64,000 nt of DNA from Lytechinus pictus (lineage: Eukaryota). The position numbers and the translations under genes are program-made. Location: positions 24,058,001 to 24,122,000 of the forward strand of contig NC_087245.1 of assembly GCF_037042905.1 (NCBI RefSeq), in the 5' to 3' direction. Numbering within the stretch: position 1 is the first letter of the stretch; each line of letters begins with the position of its first letter. Below are positions 1 through 22,202 of the stretch, one piece after another. The notes under the pieces are model-generated. The model was not told the origin of the DNA. It saw nothing but the letters and a program-made list of their open reading frames with translations, and made no database searches.

Positions 1-229
1 ATGTGTTTTTAAGAATAACATTTCGGAATTTCTTTAACTTCTACCCCCTCCCCATTTTATTTTTATTTTTTATCTTGGCGCCCTCTACAAAAGTTCAACA
101 AGCCCCCCCCCCCCCCCCCCCGTGCAACCCTGCTGAATAAATCACAGCTTCGCCACTGATGAGGAGATTGAGTCGATTGCTTCGAGATTGCATTATTCCC
201 AAGAGGTTATCATTGATATTATTGAAGGC

Positions 230-538
230 CACTAGCGTACCTACGGGGGGGGGGGCAGTCTGCCCCCCTGACGAGCCACAACCCATGCAAAGGACGTATC
301 CCTGCCCCCCCTGACGAGCTTGAAATACCTTTTTTGCCCCCCCCCCCTGACGAGCTTGAAGACCTTTATTGCCCCCCCCCCCTGACGAGCTTGAAGCTCT
401 TTTTTTGTGTGTGCTTGTCAATTTCTTTTCTGGTACGAAATCCTTCATTTGTGATTGAAGACCTTTTTTTTTTTTTGCTTGTCAATTTTTTGGCGGACGG
501 TTTTGACCCCCCTGTGGAAAATCCTAGGTACGCCACTG
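230..538. mobile_element. Non-autonomous hAT-like MITE, family A copy 1
   Basis: Imperfect TIRs CACTAGCGTACCTACG / CCTAGGTACGCCACTG; perfect 8-bp TSD TTGAAGGC (222-229, 539-546); internal CCCCTGACGAGCTTGAA repeats; near-identical copies at 35195 and 56962. Confidence 0.88.
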
Positions 539-1334
539 TTGAAGGCTATTCTAAACAACTAGTAAGGAAACTACAGCTCCCGTTCACACAATATTCTAGT
601 AGGGCCTACTCTGGGAGAAGTTAAACCAAATTGAGACCCCCAAAAATCGCTCGCGCTTCGTGCTCCCATTGATGTTATTTTATATATTCATGGATTTTTT
701 TTCAAGAACACATTAAAAAAGTGGTCTTTAATTGCCTTTTTTTTAAATGTGATTATGTAATAAGATAATTCAAAATACATTTAAGGCATTTAAGTTACAT
801 TTAAGTTAGCTTGGCCGGGAGGGAGGGGGCGCCATTTTTCGAAAAGTACACATGGGCGCCAAAAATCAGGTCAAACTTGGGCCCCCCTCCCCACGAAATC
901 TTGGATCCGCGCCTGACTAAAAGTGCAAGGGAAATGTATGAGAAATGTTTCGCAGGGTAAGTTTGATTACGCCCTTTCCCCTTGACACCGCGTGAAAACG
1001 CGCATTTCTGCGCAAACAGATTTCTGTGAGCTTTACAAAAATGGACAGTGCTCACTCAAGTGTAACATTCTGTCAAAACTTTTATTTTCATTTTATAGAT
1101 GAGACCCAAACCCAAAATTATATGTGAAAAAATTATCCACATGTTGTAACATGTAACATGGTGTAAACTTTTTTTTGATACGCACTGTATAACTAGTCAA
1201 AACTGATCAACATATCACACACATGGCCCTGGGAACGATTTTTAAATAGGGTATGCTTATGCTGTGCTGGGAATTTTGTTCATGGGGTTGTCGTCAGAAT
1301 AAAGAGACAAGCCCCCCCCCCAAAAAAAAAAAAA

Positions 1335-1368
<34 letters not shown>

Positions 1369-4300
1369 AAAAGAAAACCGTTTCCCAGTGCCATGGCAAA
1401 TACTCGATTTAATAAAGAAAAAAAAAATAGTGAAACTAAGTAGAAAACAGGGTTCAGGGTTCGCTGAAACATGATATAGGCACGCTGTATAATCTCGGTG
1501 TAACTTCTAAGCAGTCCGGAAAAGAAGTGTAAAAAAAGTTATGTATATCTCGCCTTAATTTTACTTTACTACTTCCAATTCTGGCAGTATGAACAATAAC
1601 TAGGCCTACTCTTTTTACTTCTTAAAGGTCACATTTTTCTGTTACAGCTATTTACAGTGAACTTGCCACCATGCGGTGGTTTGGCCAGTCATTGTTGGTT
1701 TGGGGGTAGCTGATTACAATGTATGATCACCATCATGATCACATTATGACAAGGATGATCACGAGTAAGGAGAAGGAGTAGAAGATAATGATGATCATTG
1801 GTACTAATGATTTGCTTTCTCTCTCGTAATTTTCTGATGTTTATTATTGAACGACAACATTCCTTTCAGAATTTGGCAGAAACAAATGGATGGAGAAACA
1901 AAATAATGACTCCAGGATGAAATAGAATGAATATTCATGTTCATGGTTTCTTACATGACACAACATTAATGTAAAACTGTACCCCTCCTGCATCTAAGCG
2001 CATTGGATCGATGTGCCCAATTTATTTTACCACCCTTTTGATTATCACTGCATTTTTCGTCAGTAGGCTATACTTCAAGCTTATTCAAACTTATGATGTA
2101 CAATAAGTGGAGGATATACAAAAGTAATGAGAATTGAAATTGAAAATTGAAATTTTCAGGTCAATATTAAGCTCACGCCTATAACGCGTCTTGTTTTAAA
2201 AATAAATCTAACGTGTCCTTGAAATTTTAGTCTTATATGTGGACTTCCCCCTTCTAAACTATAAAAAACATCTTTCTGGTTTTCATGCAGCCACTTGAAT
2301 GTATATGAAGTTTCTTCCTTGTCATTTTCTTCTTCTTTTGTCGCTATAATAGCACATCTTTGTGTGATATTGTGGGTTTTCCCCACTAACCTTCAGTGGT
2401 TTTCCCCAACAAGATTTTATGAACATCGATCGGACAAGGAATAACACCGGGGAATACCATGACATGTAAAATATATGCATTATTTCGGTAAAACAGTTGT
2501 CTGCATTTCTTCATGAATATTCATGGGCGAATTGATGATGTCATATCCCCACTTATTCTTCTGTATGTTATTATATGATATTATGTTTATTCAAATTTGT
2601 CCTCCAAGAAGCGAAAATGAATATCATTGGTTCGTAAAATTGAAATACCGATCAGTTTGTGAAACACCCTGCATCCGTACAAATGAAATGGTGTCCGAGA
2701 ATGGTGCTTACTTCAAAATGACAAGCGTTTCATTGTGTTACCTTATAACAAAAATGGAATAAAAAATTTGTGGGTTTCCCCTCACCATGAACAGTTCTAA
2801 CTACTATCGATTATGTTCAAAATACTGATAGTCAACTTCCTCTTTCGAAATAATCTTTTCCGTTAGTTAATAGGTGTTTTGAAGAAAGAAATAGCCTACA
2901 ATTCAAATTTAAATGCAGACGCTATATTCTTTAAGGTAATTTCGGATGGGGGATTCTACAATCCGAACCAATAATAAGTGCTTATTGTAAGTCACCTGAA
3001 GCAAAAATGAATATTGGTGTTTTTTTAAGCGCAATGAATCATGGTATTAAAAAAACCCTGCAAATACCACTATGACTTTTTTGTTGAATCATTAACTAAA
3101 AATAAACACAGCAAGATAAAAATCAAAAGTTTTTTTTTTCAATTAGAGGAAGGTGATGACTGATAATGGATAATGATATGTGACCCCGTGATAAATCAAT
3201 CAAAATGCATGATACAAACCCTATACTGCTTCTTCGATATGCTATATTAACGCGTGTATCATTAGCGATAAAATACACGACTTACTATAACAAACCCTGT
3301 TGTAATCCGTTAAAACAGGGAAAGAAAAGGGGGTTAAAATAGAGATTAAAGCCGAAAATCATCGAGAGATAAATTGGTATGAACCTGCTTGTTTCCCTTT
3401 CTAGCATTTCGAATTTTTTTATGTTTGTCTCTTGTCTCTTGCAACTTGCAACACTCATGTTCTTGTTGAAACAATGTATTCTTTCAAGTATATTTTGTAC
3501 CCGCTTTTTAGGGGACAAGGGGATCAAAATTAAAGAAACAAGTATACAAAACGTTGTGTTTTTTAGATTGACTTTAGGAAATGGCACTTACTTTTGCTTT
3601 CATGCTCGAAACCCATTATCATTACCCTATTTCAGACTATACTTTTTGACAAAAAATAACACCAGGACAAGCCAGTATCATACCTTGTTTTTATTTTAAA
3701 TTAAAGATAACTGATCCTCGTAATTGAGAAATATATACATCGCCTAACCCATTTTATTTATTTTCATATTTATCATAACTATTACGATATATTATCTATA
3801 GAGCCTTTCGTCGAAAATATATTTCGATGAAGATGTAATATCAGCATGTTTTCTTTCTTCCTTCCATCTCATTCCAATTATCCCTCACTTATCTATCTAC
3901 CCACCCCCTCTCTTTTTGTTTCTTTGTCATTATGTCCCTTTCTCGGCTTATGATGAAATCATACTAAAATTATAACTTAATAGTTATTCAATTAAGAATT
4001 CAGACAGTGAGTGATCGTGTATACCATCGTGTTCTAATACGGTGACGTTGATATCTTGATTAAAAAAAAAAACGAAATCAATAAGTCACATACAGGCCAA
4101 TATAGACGAGGCTTCGCCCCCCCCCCCCCCCGTGACTTAAGAAGGAAAATTGCGAAAGATTTACGATGTGCATTTTTTCCTTCTACTTCTAACATTGTAT
4201 AACAACTCTTTTTTTGGGGGGGGGGTGGCTTGTCAACGAGTTTTTCGAAGAGCACCCTTCCCTCTTCAGAAAATGACCGGGAGACCAGAGGGCTGGAGGT

Positions 4301-5875
4301 AAGCATCGCAATTACATAATTGTATCCACAAATACTTTCATTCGCTTCTTTGAATGAAAGAATGCTCTCGCCGCCAGACCACACTGAACCAATATTCGAT
4401 TGGCTTAGCAGAAAAAAAATATCTTGAACTTCCAACGTAAATTATTAATTATGTTTATTGATAATGATACTAATACAATGTATTTATATAACGCTCAATA
4501 GATGTTTCTAAGCGCTTTACAAAATAGAGTAACATTATATAATAAAATAATACATTATACCTATATTAGGCCCATGTTAAGATTTAATATTAGTCAAACT
4601 ATGAAACGTGAATAAATAAATATCTTTGATATGCATTTATCACTTTACATGTAAACAACAGAAAAAAAAAACAATTCCACCACCACAAGTCCGAATTGAG
4701 TATTGTAGATATTAATTTACAAATGTGACACCGAAACGGTCGGAGAAGTGACAACTCGTTATTCAAAGTGCGGCAGTGTATTGACATTATATGATTGAAT
4801 TAACTGTACAAATTGCAAAATAAAAGGACATCCCTTGTATTGTATTGTTTGATATATGTGTGAACCTAAAGTCCGTAGAGAAATTACATGTGAAATATGC
4901 GGTTCTAGTTTTTTTTTCTACAGCCGTTGAATATGTGTAAAAATTTTAAAGCAGAACATAATTATGTGTAACATCGAAGCTCCTTAATAGCGTTTATATC
5001 TAGCGCTCTCTCTTGGCATTTTTAGTTTTCCTTTTATATGATATTAAATACCACTGCCCACTTATAAAATTGTTAGACATGAGAAATATACGTACGATTA
5101 TCATATCCTAAATTTGTCGACCCATTTTATAGGTTAGATGTAAATGTATAAATAGGGAGATATTTTATTTTGATCGCGCATCCGGTAAAAAGTGAATTTT
5201 TCTGTAAAATCTTTTGATACATCCACTAGAACAGAAATCATTCTCATCGACATTTTACATTCCTTGGCAAGTCTGCCCCGAACAAAAAGTTTGATATGAA
5301 TAACAAGAAAAACAATACTATTGTGCTAAAAATTTCGATAAATTAGGATGTAAAATAAGAAAATTATGTCATCTTAAAATAGTCAATAGTCAATAGTCTA
5401 TGGCTACCCATATTTAAACCAACAAACAAATTTAGACCACTGTTAAATTCACAATACAAGTTTTACTTAGTGGAATTCATTGTACATTTCATTACCCAGT
5501 CAAAAAAAATCTCATGAGGTAGATAGATGTCAACTATGAAACCCCTGAACTCATCTACACTACCAATCAACACTATGAATTATTTTTTCAATCAAAGTGT
5601 AAAAATCCAACATAATATAGTTACGTTGTGTGTCTGTATGGCACGTCACACACATCAATGAGACACCTAAGTTCTATGAGGCGCCGAATGTACCAATATT
5701 ATATAGAGCAATTATTTGTTATATAATCATTATTTATTAAATAATAACTATTATTTATATATAATTTACATTTTATTTGTAAATAACTACTATTATATAA
5801 AATATCATTTCTAATTATTTATATATAATTCCAAGTAATACTTCATTATTTGTAAATAATAATAGTTCGACATTC

Positions 5876-6110
5876 CATTATTTATAAATAATGATTATTT
5901 GTTTTTCATTATTTATAAATAATGATTATTTGTTTTTCATTATTTATAAATAATGATTATTTGTTTTTCATTATTTATAAATAATGATTATTTGTTTTTC
6001 ATTATTTATAAATAATGATTATTTGTTTTCCATTATTTATAAATAATGATTATTTGTTTTTCATTATTTACAAATAATGATTATTTGTTTTTCATTATTT
6101 ATAAATAATT
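5876..6110. repeat. 31-bp tandem minisatellite in left foldback arm
   Basis: Unit CATTATTTATAAATAATGATTATTTGTTTTT, containing the 18-bp palindrome CATTATTTATAAATAATG; degenerate units continue to ~6480. Confidence 0.9.
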
Positions 6111-9107
6111 TGTTGAGTTTTCCATTATTTATAAATAATGATTATTTGTTAAATAATGAAAACGTCTACTTCATTATTTATAAATAATTTTTTCGAGTGC
6201 ACCATTATTCTCATTATTTATAAATAATCATTATTTAATGTTCGAGTTTTCCATTATTTATAAATAAAGATTATTTGTTAAATAATGAAATATCTACTTC
6301 ATTATTTATAAATAATAATTTTGTTTCAATATCCCATTATTTATCAATAATCATTATTTATAAACAATTTTTACAGTTTGCCATTATATACAAATAATCA
6401 TTATTTATATACAAATAACCATTATTTATTAAATAATGCCATTATTTATTAAATAATGCCATTATTTATTAATTAATGGAAAACTCGCTATAACATGCAA
6501 ATGTGGGACCGCCCATGATATGAATATTCATGATGCGATTTCCTTTTTCGTGATTTTTCTTCACAAATTTTTGTCCATTTCCTCTTCATAATGACATTTC
6601 TTGAAGCAATTTTCTAGGGATATGGTCTGATTGTAATATTCTTCATTTTCTATATAACTTCGTCTTCGTAGAAATATCAAAAAGTGTAATTTTATACGAT
6701 TTTTCCTACAGTTCACAATCCCCATAGGCGCGCGTGTACGGTAGGGACAACCGGTGAATCGACGGAGTGCTCTTCATCGAAATACTACGTTGGTTGGTCC
6801 CCGGAAGTGGCGGGCGGAATTTAGCCCAAATCCTCGATGGAAGTCGATCAAGTGCATATGAGCTGAGAGAGTGAAATATCAGTGTACTTGTACAGGCCCT
6901 TCTACTTTTTATAAATATTTCTTGTTGCTTTTTTTGTTAAGTTAATTTTTCCTGGTGTAGAAATAAGTTTCAGTTCTAATAATGCACTTCAAATACATTT
7001 TGGAGTGTCTGTTTGAGGCGTTTGGGGCGATTTCACCCTGGCCCCAAAATGCTCGCAACGACAATACGGGGGCATGCATGATGACCCCTAAATTTTTAAA
7101 AACTTATTTTTCTATTGAAAATTATCACAAAATTCACCAAAAGTGTGCACGAAAGCCTTCGTATTTCACTTTTAAAACTCCAAAAAGTGCCCAAATGACA
7201 AGCTTGGTCGCTTCGCTGTGTCGCTTTCAACTTGAGAACGTTTACGCGTCTGCTTCCCCCCCCCCCCTCCTCCGAAAGAAATTCTGTATACGGCCATGCT
7301 CTAAAGAGCCTGGCACATTGATTTATGTATACTTCATTTTCATTATTTTTATCTCATTATCATCATGGCCTTACGCAGAATTTTTTCCGGGGGGGGGGGT
7401 GGGGGCCGGGAGCAGGACGCGCGTAAACTTTCTCATAAAAATCTTGAGAAAGCGAAGCGACCAAGCTTGTCATTTGAGCTTGATCGCGTCGCTGTCTCGC
7501 TTTCAAGATTTTTTTGAGAAACTTTACGCGCGTCCTAGCTAGCTGCCCCCCCCCCCCGGTAAAAATTCTGTGTAAGGCCATGATGATAATGTGATAAAAA
7601 TAATGAAAATGAAAAGTACATATAAATCAATGTGCCATATGCTCTTTTGAGCATGGCTGTTCACAGAATTTCTTTCGGGGGGTGGGGGCAGACGCGTGTA
7701 AACGTTCTCAAGTTGAAAGCGAGACAGCGAAGCGACAAAGCTTGTCATTTGGGCTTGGTCCCGTGGCTGTCTCGCTTTCAAGATTTTTTTGAGAAAGTTT
7801 ACGCGCGTCATGCTCCGGCCCCGGCCCCCCTGGAAAAAATTCTGCGTAAGGCCATGTTGATAATGAGATAAAAATAATGAAAATGAAAGTATACATAAAT
7901 CAATGTGCCAGGCTCTTTAGAGCATGGCCGTATACAGAATTTCTTTCGGAGGAGGGGGGGGGGGAGCAGACGCGTAAACGTTCTCAAATTGAAAGCGGCG
8001 ACACAGCGAAGCGACCAAGCTTGTCATTTGGGCACTTTTCGGAGTTTTAAAAGTGAAATACGAAGGCTTTCGTGCACACTTTTGGTGAATTTTGTGATAA
8101 TTTTCAATAGAAAAATAAGTTTTTAAAAATTTAGGGGTCATCATGCCCCCGTATTGTCGTTGCGAGCATTTTGGGGCCAGGGTGAAATCGCCCCAAACGC
8201 CTCAAACAGACACTCCAAAATGTATTTGAAGTGCATTATTAGAACTGAAACTTATCTCTACACCAGGAAAAATTAACTTAACAAAAAAAGCAACAAGAAA
8301 TATTTATAAAAAGTAGAAGGGCCTGTACAAGTACACTGATATTTCACTCTCTCAGCTCATATGCACTTGATCGACTTCCATCGAGGATTCGGGCTAAATT
8401 CCGCCCGCCACTTCCGGGGACCAACCAACGTAGTATTTCGATGAAGAGCACTCCGTCGATTCACCGGTTGTCCCTACCGTACACGCGCGCCTATGGGGAT
8501 TGTGAACTGTAGGAAAAATCGTATAAAATTACACTTTTTGATATTTCTACGAAGACGAAGTTATATAGAAAATGAAGAATATTACAATCAGACCATATCC
8601 CTAGAAAATTGCTTCAAGAAATGTCATTATGAAGAGGAAATGGACAAAAATTTGTGAAGAAAAATCACGAAAAAGGAAATCGCATCATGAATAATCATAT
8701 CATGGGCGGTCCCACATTTGCATGTTATAGCGAGTTTTCCATTATTTAATAAATAATGGCATTATTTAATAAATAATGGCATTATTTAATAAATAATGGT
8801 TATTTGTATATAAATAATGATTATTTGTATATAATGGCAAACTGTAAAAATTGTTTATAAATAATGATAATTTATAAATAATGGGATATTGAAACAAAAT
8901 TATTATTTATAAATAATGAAGTAGATATTTCATTATTTAACAAATAATCTTTATTTATAAATAATGGAAAACTCGAACATTAAATAATGATTATTTATAA
9001 ATAATGAGAATAATGGTGCACTCGAAAAAATTATTTATAAATAATGAAGTAGACGTTTTCATTATTTAACAAATAATCATTATTTATAAATAATGGAAAA
9101 CTCAACA

Positions 9108-9375
9108 AATTATTTATAAATAATGAAAAACAAATAATCATTATTTATAAATAATGAAAAACAAATAATCATTATTTGTAAATAATGAAAAACAAATAAT
9201 CATTATTTATAAATAATGAAAAACAAATAATCATTATTTATAAATAATGAAAAACAAATAATCATTATTTATAAATAATGAAAAACAAATAATCATTATT
9301 TATAAATAATGAAAAACAAATAATCATTATTTATAAATAATGAAAAACAAATAATCATTATTTATAAATAATGGA
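9108..9375. repeat. 31-bp tandem minisatellite in right foldback arm (inverted)
   Basis: Reverse complement of the 5876-6110 array, with a slightly different copy number. Confidence 0.9.
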
Positions 9376-9675
9376 ATGTCGAACTATTATTATTTACAAA
9401 TAATGAAGTATTACTTGGAATTATATATAAATAATTAGAAATGATATTTTATATAATAGTAGTTATTTACAAATAAAATGTAAATTATATATAAATAATA
9501 GTTATTATTTAATAAATAATGATTATATAACAAATAATTGTTCTATATAATAATGGTACATTCGGCGCCTCATAAAGTTCGTCACAAATTATTTGTGTCA
9601 TTTCATACCGAAATATGTCATGGGACATGTAATATGACTCACTATTCTGAGTAATTTGACTCACATTAACCATGT

Positions 9676-9963
9676 GGAGCGTTGTGGCCCAGTGGATTAG
9701 TCTTCGGACTTTGAAACAGAGGGTCGTGTGTTCGAATCCCAGCCATGGCGTAATTTCCTTCAGCAAGAAACTGATCCACAGTGTGCTGCACTCAACCCAG
9801 GTGAGGTAAATGGGTACCGGTAGGAAGTAATTCCTTAAAAAGCTGTGTGCGCTATGAACGCCTAACTTAGCCGGGTAATATAGGAGCGCCTTGAGCACCT
9901 AACAAGGTGGATATGTGCGCAATACAAATACCCTATATTATTATTATTATTATTATTATTATT
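9676..9963 (+). mobile_element. tRNA-derived SINE with (ATT)n tail
   Basis: A box TGGCCCAGTGG, B box GTTCGAATCCC, body with CAACCCAGGTGAGGTAAATGGGTACC, (ATT)n 3' tail. Confidence 0.85.
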
Positions 9964-10547
9964 AAGATGGTCACCTGGGGCATGTGGGGGCATTTCATGA
10001 AAGTTATTGTCAGCACTGACTAACCTGTCAGCGCTTACAATTTCAGTGAAATTCTTGGTTTTTGATGAATGAAAGGCACTAAAATCTGACTATTACTATG
10101 GCAACTGTCAGAGAAAATCACCTTGTCAGTAGTGACACTTTCATGAACGGTCCCCTGAAGGCGACTTATGTACAGTAACCTACAGAACCTCTAAACCTCA
10201 CTTGACCTCGAAAAGTTCTCTGTGCAGCTATTCTCAGTGGTACACTTTAGATGGTTTGAAATGCCAAGTTTTACATTCAAAAGTAGCAAAGAAGCTTGCT
10301 AGGTTGTTATGCTCCCTAGTAGTAGGTCCATGATGAAAATAACTTGAATAATCGATTTGACGAAGATGATGTCACAAGCCCCGGGCCAATCCCGGAAGCT
10401 GTTCCCGTCCCTGCCCCCCCCCCTCCCCCGGTCTGACACAAAAAAGAAACTGGGCAGGCCATATTTGAAAACAAAATCCGCTTCTAGATATGCCCCCCCC
10501 CCCCCCCATGAGGTAGTCCTTTACCAGATACGCCACAATATGAATGT

Positions 10548-19006
<8,459 letters not shown>

Positions 19007-19403
19007 TATGGAAGCAAGCAGATGCTTTCTAATACCAATCTGACTAAATCTAAAATGATATAGGAATATAACAACACACGTTTGCCTTAATTGTCTAACG
19101 GTCTATAGCTCACACTCTACGTACGGTATACTTTACCAAATGAGAGAACAATGGGGAACGGATGCTGAAAGTGAGCTAAGATTGGACCTTGGTGTACCGT
19201 TAGCTAGAACGCTAAATTTATGGGACTATACATGCACGTTATTATAATTCAGTCGAGCATGTACAGCAGGTTAGGAATAGGCCTAGTCACAAGAAGGTGA
19301 TTTTTGTACTACACGCTAGGTCGACGAGGATTGTGTAACTTGTGTTACCTCGTTTTGTTCACAGGACCATTTTTGTTTTGTCTCAGAAACGCCTGAACAG
19401 ACA

Positions 19404-19550
19404 CAGGGGCCGCGGAACGGTTTTCAAAGTGGGGGGGGGGGGCTGACCATGCAAAAAATCACAATCCTATGGTCATTTTCACGTTTTTGTACACGGTTTT
19501 GGAAAAAAGTGGGGGCTGAAGCCCCCCCCCCCCTGCTTCCGCGGCCCCTG
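19404..19550. mobile_element. Short hAT-like MITE family B, copy 1
   Basis: TIR CAGGGGCCGCGGAA / TTCCGCGGCCCCTG; near-identical copy at 23880-24030. Confidence 0.8.
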
Positions 19551-22202
19551 AGACAGACGACCGATATAAGACTATATATTATCGTTCCCGAATGCGTGAA
19601 TTTGCTTGATCGATTTGATTGGTATGTTATGGTTCCATCGACATGATCGAATACTATTGTAGAATTTAGCCATCAAAAGAACCTTGCTGTCCTGTGAAAT
19701 CACGAGCTTGTTATCGTTAGCAAACGTCATGTTATGCTATGTATGATGTAAGTGAAATGAAAGGACATAAAGCGCCCTTTTAAGTCATGGGATTATCAAT
19801 AAAATATTCTTATGTTTTCAATACAAAGAGTGTCAAGACACATAATGTTACAATTACAAATTATGCCAATAAAGCTTACCAATTATTGATGATTCCACGT
19901 AAACCTTTTGTACTTTATGAGACTATTCAAGTCAACCCTTATACCAACAGGGACACGATCTGGATTCTTCACGCAAAAAAAAACAATCCTTGATATTATT
20001 GAGAGTTGCGTGCTTGAATAGATCTCTTTTGGATCTGATTTGTCCCTTTGTCTGGGATACATCGGTTTGACACGTCAAATGCCTACTGATTGTCACCAAT
20101 CATGCACAGTATCCAGAGTATATCAAACGCCATGTAGACTAATAGTCTATTGGGGAGTGGGAAGAAAATATTTGCAATCCTTTTTCTGTAGCCTATTATA
20201 CAATTGTTAGATCTATTTCAACTGTGGCATATCAGTGAACACTCCTTGTCGCAATCAAGAAGCAGAACGGCAATCAATATTGTAAATCAAAAACTACTTA
20301 CTATATGTCTTAGATTTGGGGACCTACCCAAAGTAGATTTGCAGTTGATTGTAAGTTTCTTATACAACGCCCCATTATTAAAGTCCACATGTTATTAGAA
20401 TATGGATGAGTTCAAATTCATGTCGTTATTATGCAGTTTACGCAACTCCTTCGCAGACGCTTTTTGGATCGTAGATCATTTATTGCCCAAATCTCTTCAT
20501 GATAGAGAAGTTTTTGTCGAAAATCGGTGAATCAGAAGATTAAATACATAATCTATTACATTGTAATAATTTGATGTATTTTTCATTGCCGAAATTAATA
20601 ATAATATTAATAATAATGATAGCTATAATGATAACAATAATAATAATAATAATGAAACTTTAACTTTAAAACTTAAAAAAAAATGTCACGAATGATTGGG
20701 GTATATATTCCAGCTGGACAAACGACATATCATTTGCAATTTTCGTCAGCTCCGAATCTTACGACGACCTGCTGTCCCGGTTCACCAATTTTCGACAAAG
20801 ACCTTTCAGCGTTTCATTGTGATTTGACGGGCATTTTCAATGCATTTAATATGTTCTTGAATCCGTTCCCATTGTAAATGCGAAAACTCGCTATTACCAA
20901 TTACAAAGGGACACCAAAAGTTAGAGAGGGAACTGAATGTCCAGTAATAGAGAGCAATGTTCAACTTGGGAAAACAAAACAATGTCGAATTTGTCCAACG
21001 GTTAAATAATACCACATATGATTTTTGGTTTCTTCTTGTACACATTTGACGACACGCCACACTCCATGCATATTCTACACAATTTATGAATAAATCATTA
21101 AAAAAGAAAAGAAATGGGCAACATTACCTTCTGGTTAAGCTTTTGATTCATGCTGATTATTTAGTGCCTTTTGGTGATGGTTAATATTAGTCACAATAAG
21201 CTTGATGTATTGCATTTCTATAAAGAAAACGAAAAGGGATGTTTACAACATCTCTCAAACCTGATACCACCAAATTGAAAGTTACAGAATCGCTTTCTAT
21301 ATCGAAAAGTGACCCTTTCTTCGCAATTATGCGTAATTTACTATGTGCTCAGTAAAATCTAAATATTTGTAAAGCCGCCAATCATCATCATCTGGACTCC
21401 AAGATATAATTTGAAATTTAATTTCCGTTCCCTACTCAATTTAAGAACGTCGTGGCAAGACTCGATCGCTTGATTAACTTTATCCCGTTTACATTCAGAT
21501 ATGATTAATGACGCGAACATGGCGAATGGATGAACAGCCCGAAAAAAAAAAAAAAATTGTGAAATGCTTAATTGCACCATATTTTCCCCAAAGTTTGTCA
21601 AGGCATACTAATAAATCAATATTAAACCCCCGATTCTTCTAGGTCATCGATCATTTAAAATCAAACGGAGGGCTTCATTCACCCAATAAATCCGCACAGT
21701 AGTTTTGAATATTAGATAACAAATAAAAGTGAAGCATTATCCTTATTAAAATCTGAATCGCAGTTGGTACCAATTAACTTGTTAAAAAGATTGATGGCTG
21801 TCTCCATGAGAGGACGTCTATTCAGAAAAAATTAATTACATATAGGATTACTGGCAGTTCTTACCAGACTGCTTAAATGCACAAGTATGCCAGTAGTAAA
21901 GTGCTTTAGGATCTACTGCCTTAGGTCATCTTTTGGAGGGCTAATACATGCAGTCCACTTACAGATCTTCCTGAAATGTTGACGATGATAAAAAAACTGT
22001 ATTTGAGACATCTCACTGCCAAAACGTAACTGTAACTAATAGATCAATTGAACAACTAAACTGCCTGGTTTTAGGTCGTCAGGGGTGATATTTTCTCTAA
22101 AGTTCATCTTCTTCCTCTATGACTTCCAGATAAAAACCTTTCTGTTAGTTGGCGTGGTTGATTGGTGGGTCTACTCAATTGCATAAAAGCAGTAAACACA
22201 AC

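Larger units (their letters stand above)
5675..9574. mobile_element. 3.9-kb foldback DNA transposon (non-autonomous; TAT..ATA termini, 6-bp TSD, IS3EU-like signature)
   Basis: 5675-~7455 is the near-perfect reverse complement of ~7770-9574. Termini TATGAGGCGCCGAATGTACC / GGTACATTCGGCGCCTCATA, flanked by AAGTTC on both sides (5669-5674, 9575-9580). No transposase-like ORF. Confidence 0.92.

Noticed and set aside
5876..6110. Regular 31-bp palindromic repeats resembling a CRISPR array
   Set aside because: The units are directly adjacent with no unique spacers, there are no cas genes, and the context is eukaryotic; this is a minisatellite within a transposon arm.
6982..8144. ORFs of 60-186 aa in the foldback centre
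   Set aside because: They are mirror-image products of the palindrome with homopolymer-derived G/P runs and no transposase motifs.
9676..9750. tRNA gene look-alike (also 10716-10790 and 24537-24610)
   Set aside because: A/B boxes are present, but there is no convincing cloverleaf and each continues into a SINE body.
22149..22202. Upstream TTG start for GPCR1 (and GTG at 27600 for GPCR2) in the ORF track
   Set aside because: Non-ATG bacterial-style starts; the first in-frame ATGs (22203, 27615) give normal N-termini with glycosylation sites.
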